The position numbers and the translations under genes were made by a program. From an uncultured delta proteobacterium (GTDB lineage Bacteria > Desulfobacterota > Desulfobacteria > Desulfobacterales > Desulfatirhabdiaceae): 64,000 bases of DNA. Within the stretch, counting starts at the first letter, position 1; each line of letters starts with the position of its first letter. Below are positions 44,245 through 52,692 of the stretch, in pieces. Where the stretch lies: contig CAWBKP010000002.1 in NCBI GenBank assembly GCA_963789395.1, positions 8,019 to 72,018 of the forward strand, read 5' to 3'. Below the pieces are notes generated by a model. The model worked only from the letters and a program-made list of their open reading frames with translations. It searched no databases and was not told where the DNA came from.

Positions 44245-45332
44245 ATGACAAGAAAAAAATTGACAGCCGTTACAATCTTAGCAGCACTCAGTCTATTTTT
44301 GATGGTCAGTTTCGCGGCAGCCGCGGGCCCCCCGCCCATGGATCAATGGAAACCGGCTTTCGATCCGTCAACAGCCAAGTATAAAGCCACGATTTCAAAT
44401 GTTTCGCATCCGGCGATACGCGGGGTATATTTCGGGTTTGCCCTGAGAGATGAGTTGTGGAAACGCACCAATGGCCAGATTTTCATCGATTACAAACCCT
44501 TCTCGATGCTGGGCGGCGAAGTAGAGGTGTTAAACCAGCTTCAGATGGGCGCGATTCAGGGAATGGGCGTCAGCTCCGTGGCTTCCACCAATCTGGGACC
44601 CCGGTTTGGCGTGGTGAATATGCCATTTCTGGTCGACTCCTTTGACAAACTCGATAAATTTGTCGGCAATGAAAAACTCTTTTCCCATTTCATGAATGCC
44701 ATGGATCATCAGGGAATCATGGGCCTGGACATCACCGGTTACGGCAATTACGGCTGGGCAACGGTGACGCCGTGCAAGACCATCGAGGATGCCAAGAAAC
44801 TTAAAATACGGATTGCCGAGGCAGCGGTGAATCAGCTTATTTACAAATCCTGGGGATTCAACCCCGTTGTCATGCCCTGGCCGGATGTCTCCATTGCCCT
44901 GAAACAGGGGGTTATTGACGGACTGGATCATACGCCCATGGTGTGCAACATCACCAAAAAATTTGAGGATGCCAAGTTTTTTACCCAGATCAATTATGCC
45001 CAGGGCCTGTTTATCTGGGTCATAAACAAGGCGTGGTTCAACAGCCTTCCCGCTGACCTGCAGAAAATCTTCAAGGAAACCGCAAAAGAAGTGGCCGCAA
45101 AAATCCGGCAGGAAACCCGCCAGCAGGAAACAGACGAGATTGCAAAAGCCAAGGCATCCGGCATTCGAGTTCTTCAAACTTTCGGATGCTGAAATGGCGA
45201 CTTTGCGCCAAGAGGGAAATGTTGTTTATCAAAGACTATGCACCAGAAATCAATAAGCTGTATCCCGGCGATAAATACCGTCCGGCAGATTATCTGAAAG
45301 AAGTTCAGGATTTCCTCGGATATCAGCCCTGA
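44245..45332 (+). CDS. dctP: TRAP transporter substrate-binding protein DctP, frameshifts ~45165 and ~45230
   Basis: Signal peptide, LGGEVEVLNQLQMGAI, KIR, MPWPDV..ALKQGVIDG; C-terminus (..EINKLYPGDKYRPADYLKEVQDFLGYQP*) continues in shifted frames. Confidence 0.85.
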
Positions 45333-45495
45333 ATCAGGCTGAAGGATAAGGCTGAAGGCTAAGAAATCGGCTCTGATGCCATTTTGATACTTTAGTCTTC
45401 AGCCTGCGTTGCTATTGGGTCTGTTCCGGAAAACGCCGGATGCCGTCCGGAACAGATCCTTCTTTCATTTCATCAAACGATCAAGGATAAGATTC

Positions 45496-46050
45496 ATGTT
45501 GAAACAGATAATGAATACCGTGGATAAAGGCTTGACATTATTTGAAGACTGGACCCTGTTTCTGACGGTAATGGCGGCGCTGTTAGCCTTATTCGCCAAT
45601 GTGATTCTGCGCTATGGCTTCAATTACACCCTGGCCTGGTCTGAAGAACTCGTTAAACTGGTGATTATCTATACGACGTTTATCGGTTGCAGCGCCTCGA
45701 TCAAAAACCGGTCCATGATCAAGGTGGACGTACTGCTGCAGCTCGTTCCCAAAACCCGATTTCCCCTGATGGTTTTCAGCCATCTGGCGATCATCGTTTT
45801 TTCGCTGATCATGCTGGTCTACGGGTGGAAGATGGCCGCTCAGCAGGCAACTACCGGCCAGTCAACCATCATCATGGGGATTCCGATGGTCTATCTTTAC
45901 GCCTTGATGCCGCTGATGGGAGGCTTGATGCTGATCCGATCCCTTCAGGCGCTCTATCAGGATATTGCTGCGGAAAAGGCCAAAAAACAACAGCTTGAAA
46001 TCAACAGAAAACTGAACGATTCGATTCGGCTTTCTGCTTTTACCGACTGA
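45496..46050 (+). CDS. dctQ: TRAP small permease DctQ
   Basis: NVILRYGFN..LAWSEEL; four TM segments. Confidence 0.88.
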   Translation: MLKQIMNTVDKGLTLFEDWTLFLTVMAALLALFANVILRYGFNYTLAWSEELVKLVIIYTTFIGCSASIKNRSMIKVDVLLQLVPKTRFPLMVFSHLAIIVFSLIMLVYGWKMAAQQATTGQSTIIMGIPMVYLYALMPLMGGLMLIRSLQALYQDIAAEKAKKQQLEINRKLNDSIRLSAFTD

Positions 46051-46068
46051 AATGGAGATATCTGGTTT

Positions 46069-47391
46069 ATGGAATGGAGCTATATAATTCCCCTGTTGAT
46101 TCTGCTGGGTACCATGGCCACCTTTATTCCCGTGTTCATGTGCCTGTTTTACACCTCTTTGCTTTGCGTTCTGGCGTTTACCGATTACCCCATCATCCTC
46201 CTGGTTCAGAGCATTTTTAAAAGCATGGACAATTTTGCCCTGGTCGTGGTGCTGTTTTTTGTTCTCTGCGGCAATATCATGACCACCGGCACCATCGTTG
46301 AAAAACTGATCAAGTTCACCAATGTGCTGGTGAGCTGGCTGCCCGGCGGATTGGGGATGGCCGGCGTCATTGCCTGCGCCATATTCGGCGCGATTTCCGG
46401 CTCCACCGTTGCAACGGTCGTGGCCCTCGGCGGATTCATGATCCCGGCGCTGCTGGCCAATGGGTATCCGGAAAACTACAGTGTCGGGCTCATGACGACA
46501 TCCGGCAATCTGGGGGTGATCATTCCGCCCAGCATCGGCATGATTCTCTTCAGCATGATCAGCAACTGCTCGTTGCAGGGGCTGTTTCTGACCGGATTTG
46601 TTCCCGGTGTCATGATTACGGTTGTTACCTGCATCTACACCTATTTTGTCTTCTGGAAAGATAAGACGGTCGTCCGGATGCCGGTGCCGAAGTTTGATGA
46701 CGTCTGGGTCACATTCAAGGATTGTTTCTGGGCGCTGATGCTGCCCGTGGTGATATTTATCGGCATTTACACCGGGATATTCACCGCCAACGAGGCTGCG
46801 GTTATTTCATGCGTCTATGCGTTTATTGTGGAGCTTTTTATCCATAAATCCATGAAATTCGAGCAGGTCAAAAAAGTGGTCGTGGGGTCTGCCGTCACAT
46901 CCGCATCCCTGTTGATCATCGTGGGCGGCGCCACCTGTTTCGGCCGGTACCTGACCCTGGAATCCATTCCGGCAAAAATCACCGAAGCCGTGACTGCCGG
47001 CATTCATTCGCCGATGGTCTTCCTTCTGGTCATCAACCTGGTGCTTCTGGTGGTCGGCATGCTGATGGACATCATCTCCGCCACGCTGATCATCGGCCCG
47101 ATCTGTATTCCGCTGCTGATTGCCTTTGGCATCGATCCCATCCACTTCGGGCTGATCATGACGGTCAACCTGGCCATCGGGTACTGCACGCCGCCGGTAG
47201 GGGTCAGTCTCTATATCGCAGGATCCATCGCCAAGCGCGATATCGTGTTTGTCACCAAATCGGCGATTCCGTTTCTCATCATTCAGATTTCCGTCCTGTT
47301 CCTGATCACCTTTTTTCCGGAACTGATCATGTGGCTTCCCAGGCTCTTCGGTTTTGCAACCGGTGTGGCGACTGTCGGCGGCGGCAACTGA
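46069..47391 (+). CDS. dctM: TRAP large permease DctM (copy 1)
   Basis: FGAISGS, IIPPSI, FTANEAA, GIDPIHFG, TPPVG. Confidence 0.93.
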   Translation: MEWSYIIPLLILLGTMATFIPVFMCLFYTSLLCVLAFTDYPIILLVQSIFKSMDNFALVVVLFFVLCGNIMTTGTIVEKLIKFTNVLVSWLPGGLGMAGVIACAIFGAISGSTVATVVALGGFMIPALLANGYPENYSVGLMTTSGNLGVIIPPSIGMILFSMISNCSLQGLFLTGFVPGVMITVVTCIYTYFVFWKDKTVVRMPVPKFDDVWVTFKDCFWALMLPVVIFIGIYTGIFTANEAAVISCVYAFIVELFIHKSMKFEQVKKVVVGSAVTSASLLIIVGGATCFGRYLTLESIPAKITEAVTAGIHSPMVFLLVINLVLLVVGMLMDIISATLIIGPICIPLLIAFGIDPIHFGLIMTVNLAIGYCTPPVGVSLYIAGSIAKRDIVFVTKSAIPFLIIQISVLFLITFFPELIMWLPRLFGFATGVATVGGGN

Positions 47392-47465
47392 TTCCGGAAA
47401 TCAACAGAATACGGAACGCTTCCAGCCTTTCTGTTCTTACCGACTGAAATGGAGATATCTGGTTT

Positions 47466-48788
47466 ATGCAATGGAGCTATATCATTCCCCTGTTGATTCT
47501 ATTGGGCACCATGGTCACCTATATGCCGGTGTTCATGTGCCTGTTTTACACCGCTTTGATCTGTGTTCTGGCGTTTACCGACTATCCCGTCATCCTTCTG
47601 GTGCAGAGCATTTTTAAAAGCATGGACAATTTTGCCCTGGTCGTGGTGCTGTTCTTTATTCTCTGCGGCAACATCATGACCACCGGTACCATTGTTGAAA
47701 AACTGATCAAGTTCACCAATGTGCTGGTGAGCTGGCTGCCCGGCGGACTGGGGATGGCCGGTGTCATCGCCTGCGCCATATTCGGCGCGATTTCCGGTTC
47801 AACCGTCGCAACGGTCGTTGCGCTGGGCGGGTTCATGATCCCGGCGCTGCTGGCCAACGGCTATGAAGAACATTACAGCATCGGGCTCATGACGACATCC
47901 GGCAATCTGGGCGTGATCATTCCGCCCAGTATCGGTATGATTCTCTTCAGCATGATCAGCAATTGCTCGCTGCAGGGGCTGTTTTTGACCGGGTTTGTTC
48001 CCGGGGTCCTGATTACGCTGGGAACCTGTCTCTATACATATTTCATTTTTCGAAAAGATAAGAAAGTCATGCGGATGCCGGTGCCGACGCTTAACGATTT
48101 CTGGGTGACCTTCAAGGACTGTTTCTGGGCCCTGATGCTCCCCGGAGTGATTTTTATCGGCATATACTCCGGGATGTTCACCGCCAACGAGGCTGCGGTG
48201 GTCTCATGCGTCTATGCGTTTATCGTGGAGCTATTTATTCATAAATCCATGAAATTCGAGCAGGTGAAAAAAGTCGTCGTGGGATCCGCCGTCACATCGG
48301 CCTCGCTGTTGATCATCGTTGGCGGAGCCACCTGTTTCGGCAGATACCTGGCCCTGGAGTCCATTCCGGCAAAAATCACCGAAGCCGTAACCGCCGGGAT
48401 TCATTCGCCGGTTGTCTTTCTTATGGTAATGAATGTGGTTCTGCTGGTTGTCGGAACGCTGATGGACATTATCTCCGCCACGCTGATCATCGGCCCGATC
48501 TGTATTCCACTGCTGATTGCCTTTGGCATCGATCCCATCCACTTCGGGCTGATCATGACGGTCAACCTGGCCATCGGGTACTGCACGCCGCCGGTCGGGG
48601 TCAGTCTCTATATTGCCGGCTCCGTGGCCAAACGGGATATTGTCTATGTCACCAAATCGGTGATGCCGTTTCTCGCCATTCAGACAGCGATTCTGCTTCT
48701 GATCACCTTTTTCCCGGAAATGGTCATGTGGTTGCCCAAGCTTTTCGGTTTTGAAACCGGTGTCATGTCCGTCGGCGGCGGGAACTGA
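47466..48788 (+). CDS. dctM: TRAP large permease DctM (copy 2, tandem paralog)
   Basis: Same motifs; 440 aa, colinear with copy 1. Confidence 0.93.
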   Translation: MQWSYIIPLLILLGTMVTYMPVFMCLFYTALICVLAFTDYPVILLVQSIFKSMDNFALVVVLFFILCGNIMTTGTIVEKLIKFTNVLVSWLPGGLGMAGVIACAIFGAISGSTVATVVALGGFMIPALLANGYEEHYSIGLMTTSGNLGVIIPPSIGMILFSMISNCSLQGLFLTGFVPGVLITLGTCLYTYFIFRKDKKVMRMPVPTLNDFWVTFKDCFWALMLPGVIFIGIYSGMFTANEAAVVSCVYAFIVELFIHKSMKFEQVKKVVVGSAVTSASLLIIVGGATCFGRYLALESIPAKITEAVTAGIHSPVVFLMVMNVVLLVVGTLMDIISATLIIGPICIPLLIAFGIDPIHFGLIMTVNLAIGYCTPPVGVSLYIAGSVAKRDIVYVTKSVMPFLAIQTAILLLITFFPEMVMWLPKLFGFETGVMSVGGGN

Positions 48789-48956
48789 TTCCGGAAATCA
48801 GCCCGAAATATTGCCCAAACGCATTTAAAGAGATCAGGGTGTTGACAGACATCCCGGTCTCTTTGTTTTTTAGAATATGAATATAGTTTGGAATATTACC
48901 TATATTTTTTTCTTGACTTATGATCACGCCCTCCCTAATAATCAAATTATAGTTAC

Positions 48957-48983
48957 AATGTGATTAAAATGTGATTAAAATGT
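48957..48983 (+). promoter_or_regulatory. 11-nt direct repeat AATGTGATTAA x2.5, candidate operator
   Basis: Lies downstream of a TTGACT-17-TAATAA promoter-like element and upstream of the ACT gene. Confidence 0.4.
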
Positions 48984-49045
48984 ATTGCCGTGATGACAAT
49001 TGAATATCTCCGGTGGGCCTACCGCTTTAGAAAGGAATTAATTTT

Positions 49046-49489
49046 ATGAAATTAAAGCAAATATCCATTTCCATCGAAAATTCTCCGGGCAGGCTTTATG
49101 AAATCACCCGCGCCCTCGGAGAGGCGGGTATCAATCTTCGGGCGTTGAATCTGGTGGACAGCGGCGATTTTGGCATGCTGCGGCTTCTGGTGTCCGATCT
49201 GGCGAAAACCCGCAGGGTAATGATGGAAAATCACATGCCGGCCCGGGTGGACGATGTGGTGGCCGTTGAGATCGAGGACAAACCTGGAAGACTTTCGGCG
49301 CTTCTGAAACTGCTCATGGAAGCCAAGATAAACGTCATGTACATGTATGCATTTATTGGCATGTCCTCAAACAACGCGGTCATGATATTCCGCTTCAGCG
49401 ACAATGACAGGGCCATCGAGATCCTATTGGCCGGCGGGAGCAAGCTGCTGGATGCCAAAGCCTTCGGCATCCTGGAAACCGAAAGCTGA
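49046..49489 (+). CDS. Tandem ACT-domain (amino-acid-binding) protein
   Basis: KQISISIENSPGRL..GINLRAL..D.GDFGMLR, VEIEDKPG.L. Confidence 0.88.
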   Translation: MKLKQISISIENSPGRLYEITRALGEAGINLRALNLVDSGDFGMLRLLVSDLAKTRRVMMENHMPARVDDVVAVEIEDKPGRLSALLKLLMEAKINVMYMYAFIGMSSNNAVMIFRFSDNDRAIEILLAGGSKLLDAKAFGILETES

Positions 49490-49518
49490 TGCTTTGATAT
49501 CAAGGGGAGGAATTTTCT

Positions 49519-50466
49519 ATGAGTGAGAAACCGGCGTTTTGTCCGCGATCTTTTGCGGTCATCGGGGCAGGTCCTGTAGGATGTATCGTGGCGGCCTTTC
49601 TTGCCAGAGGCGGATATGAGGTGACCTTGTGCGACGTCATTCCCGCATTGATTGAACCCGCAATGAATCCCGGAATTCTGATCGAGGGCGCGGAAAACCT
49701 TCAGCAGTCCGTTACCCGTGTTTGCACGCAGATCGATGAGCTGGCCGATCATCTGCCGGACGTTATCTTCGTTACGGTCAAGGCCAATGTGCTTCCCCTG
49801 ATCTCTTCGGCCATCGAGGGCTTTTACCGGGAAGGCATGTATGTCATCAGCTGGCAGAACGGAATTGACACGGAACTCGAGATTGCCAAGGTCCTGGGCC
49901 GCAAACCGGTGATGCGGGCTGTTGTCAATTACGGGTGCGGGCTGGTCAAGCCGGGTCATGTGAGAATGCCCTTTCACCATCCGCCGCATTACCTGCAGGA
50001 GATGGACGCAGACTCCAAACCGGCGGCAGTTGCCATTGCCGAAGCCCTGAGCAAAAGCGGGCTGACGACGTCGCATACCGACAGCATCATCTCGATGGTC
50101 TGGCGCAAAGGAATCCTGAATGCCTGCATGAACCCGGTCTGTGCGGTGACTGGTCTGACCATGGCTCAGGCCATGGGAGACCCCATCGTGTTTCAGATTG
50201 TGGATGCCCTGATCAAGGAATGCGTCAAGGTGGCAAGAGCCAATGAAGTCAACCTGGGTTGGGATTTTTATCCCGGTGCCGTCGATTACATGCGAAAGGC
50301 GGGCGATCACAAGCCATCGATGCTGATGGACATCGAAAACAAACGCCGGACCGAGATTGATTACATCAACGGGAAATTCATTGAATATGGCGCCCAGGCA
50401 GGCATTGAAACGCCTTATAACATCATGATCCGCTCGCTGGTCAAGGCCATCGAGTCCAAAAAGTAA
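49519..50466 (+). CDS. Ketopantoate reductase (PanE/ApbA) family 2-oxoacid reductase
   Basis: GAGPVG Rossmann motif, VKAN, QNG, WRK..LN..N, PSMLMD..R.TEIDYING. Confidence 0.87.
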   Translation: MSEKPAFCPRSFAVIGAGPVGCIVAAFLARGGYEVTLCDVIPALIEPAMNPGILIEGAENLQQSVTRVCTQIDELADHLPDVIFVTVKANVLPLISSAIEGFYREGMYVISWQNGIDTELEIAKVLGRKPVMRAVVNYGCGLVKPGHVRMPFHHPPHYLQEMDADSKPAAVAIAEALSKSGLTTSHTDSIISMVWRKGILNACMNPVCAVTGLTMAQAMGDPIVFQIVDALIKECVKVARANEVNLGWDFYPGAVDYMRKAGDHKPSMLMDIENKRRTEIDYINGKFIEYGAQAGIETPYNIMIRSLVKAIESKK

Positions 50467-50589
50467 TTATGCGTGAAGGCGTAAGAGGGAGGGCGTAAGA
50501 GCGGAGAACCATTTCACGCTCTCACGATTTCACGATGTATTTCACGGCAATAATGAAATTATGACTACTGAAAAGACGGATTCGACCCC

Positions 50590-51378
50590 ATGACGGATTT
50601 CCAACCAGTATTTGCCGGAATTGATGTCGGCGCTTCCCGAACAAAGGCAGTCATCATCGATCGCTTGCAGCAAATTATCGGCAGGGCCGTGGTCAAATCC
50701 GGTACGGATTTTGTGGCTGCTTCCCACCAATGCCTGACGCTGGCGCTGAATATGGCCGGTTGCACGGTCGAACAGATTGCAAAAGCGATGACAACCGGTT
50801 ACGGCAGAAAAAATGTGGCCATTTCCCAGGATTCCAAAACAGAGATCAGCTGCCATGCCAGGGGATGCTATTACTATTTCCCACAGCCCATCACGATCAT
50901 CGATATTGGCGGCCAGGACAATAAGATCATCAAGCTGGATGCATCCGGAAAACGCCTCAGCTTTAAAATGAATCGAAAATGCGCGGCCGGAACCGGGGCT
51001 TTCCTTGAGGAGATGTCCGTTCGTCTGGATATTCCTCTGGAAAACCTGGACGGCCTTGCCCGGCAGTCCCAGGCCATGGTTGAACTGGGCAGTTTCTGCA
51101 CGGTTTTTTCGGCAACAGAGGTGCTTGAAAAGATCCGTCAGGGGAAAATGGTTCCGGACATCGTCAAAGGTCTGTTTTTTTCGGTCATCAAGCGGGTCAT
51201 GGAGATGGACTCTTTGTCAGAGCATGTGGTGATGACAGGAGGGGTCGTGGCGCACAATGCCTATCTGGTTCAGATGACGGCGGAAATGATCGGCAGGCCC
51301 ATCCTGGTCCCGGAATTTCCGCAGCTTACCGGTGCGTTGGGAGCTGCCTTGTACGCAATGGAGAACGATGCGGGATGA
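50590..51378 (+). CDS. 2-hydroxyacyl-CoA dehydratase activator (HgdC/BadF/BcrAD ASKHA ATPase)
   Basis: GIDVGA, TTGYGR, EISCHA, DIGGQD, KCAAGTG, CTVF, TGGV. Confidence 0.9.
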   Translation: MTDFQPVFAGIDVGASRTKAVIIDRLQQIIGRAVVKSGTDFVAASHQCLTLALNMAGCTVEQIAKAMTTGYGRKNVAISQDSKTEISCHARGCYYYFPQPITIIDIGGQDNKIIKLDASGKRLSFKMNRKCAAGTGAFLEEMSVRLDIPLENLDGLARQSQAMVELGSFCTVFSATEVLEKIRQGKMVPDIVKGLFFSVIKRVMEMDSLSEHVVMTGGVVAHNAYLVQMTAEMIGRPILVPEFPQLTGALGAALYAMENDAG

Positions 51379-51444
51379 CTTTGACATTACCGCAATATTC
51401 CGGCCGCGGCCGGAAATATTGGTTAACTTCGAAAGGTGACAGAC

Positions 51445-52689
51445 ATGGCTGAAGAAAAAAAAGTGGTTCGAAAGAAAATTGAAGCAACCGTTCAGATGAA
51501 TCGCTATATGTCGGAATATTTTTACGAGCTGAACGATGCGGATAAGACCCGCAGCCGGAAAATTGCCTGGTGTACCAGCGTGGGGCCTGCTGAGATCTTA
51601 AGGGCCATGGGGTTTCTTGTGCATTTCCCGGAGAATCACGGGGCCATGCTGGGCGCCACCCGCATGTCCACCGACATGATCCCGGTTGCCAATGCCAGCG
51701 GGTATTCGCCGGAGATCTGCTCTTATTTGACGGCCGATGTCGGGGCCTATATGAAAGGTGTCACCCCGCTGTCACGGGCCTATCCGGGAATCGACAGGGT
51801 TCCCAGGCCCGATGTGCTGGTCTATAACACCAACCAATGCCGGGATGTTCAGGACTGGTTTGCCTGGTATGCCGCAGAATTCAAGGTGCCGCTCCTGGGA
51901 ATCCACACGCACCGGGGCGTCAAGGATGTCGGCGATGATCATGTTGCCTCGATCGCCAGCCAGATGAAAGCCCTGATTCCCCAGCTTGAAGCCATTTCCG
52001 GAAACAAATTTGACATGGACAAGCTCCGTCATGTCCTGGCGCTTTCCAAGGAGTGTTCCGGTTTATGGAAAAAAGTCCTGGATACGGCTTCGGCCAAGCC
52101 CTCGCCCATCACTTTTTTTGACGGCACCATTCACATGGGGCCGGCTGTCGTGCTTCGGGGTACCCAGACAGCAGTCGACTATTACAAGCTGCTGCTGGCG
52201 GAGCTGGAAGACCGAATCCGGAACAAGGTGGCAGCGGTTGAAGGCGAACGGTTCCGGCTGTACTGGGACGGCATGCCCATGTGGGGAAGGCTTCGGGATC
52301 ATTCCGATCTGTTTGCCAGAGCCGGCGTGAATGTTCTGGCCTCAACCTACTGCAACAGCTGGATATTTTCTGCTTTTAATCCGGAAGACCCCTTTAACAG
52401 CATGGCCAGGGCCTATACCGAACTGTTCATTGTCCGGGCCGATGATGCCAAGGAAGAGTATATCAAGCGCATGCTTGAATTTTTCAAGGTGGACGGCATC
52501 ATCTACCACGACGCCAAGACCTGTCCCAACAACTCCAACTGCCGGTATGGCATGCCCCAGCGGCTGGAAGCCCTGACCGGTATTCCCAGCCTGACAATCA
52601 ACGGGGACTTGAATGATCTGCGGCTGGTTTCCGATGAACAGACCAAAACCAATGTCGAGGCCTTTATCGAACAACTCGAGGAGAAATGA
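51445..52689 (+). CDS. 2-hydroxyacyl-CoA dehydratase family subunit (HgdA/B, FldB/C, BcrB/C-like)
   Basis: PAEIL, FPENH, ICSY, NQC, VDGII.H..TC, DL.D.R..EQTKTNVEAFIE. Confidence 0.88.
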   Translation: MAEEKKVVRKKIEATVQMNRYMSEYFYELNDADKTRSRKIAWCTSVGPAEILRAMGFLVHFPENHGAMLGATRMSTDMIPVANASGYSPEICSYLTADVGAYMKGVTPLSRAYPGIDRVPRPDVLVYNTNQCRDVQDWFAWYAAEFKVPLLGIHTHRGVKDVGDDHVASIASQMKALIPQLEAISGNKFDMDKLRHVLALSKECSGLWKKVLDTASAKPSPITFFDGTIHMGPAVVLRGTQTAVDYYKLLLAELEDRIRNKVAAVEGERFRLYWDGMPMWGRLRDHSDLFARAGVNVLASTYCNSWIFSAFNPEDPFNSMARAYTELFIVRADDAKEEYIKRMLEFFKVDGIIYHDAKTCPNNSNCRYGMPQRLEALTGIPSLTINGDLNDLRLVSDEQTKTNVEAFIEQLEEK

Positions 52690-52692
52690 GTC

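Noticed and set aside
50590..52689. Class I benzoyl-CoA reductase (BcrABCD)
   Set aside because: Only one activator-type and one dehydratase-type gene, and no ring-cleavage (dch/had/oah) genes nearby.
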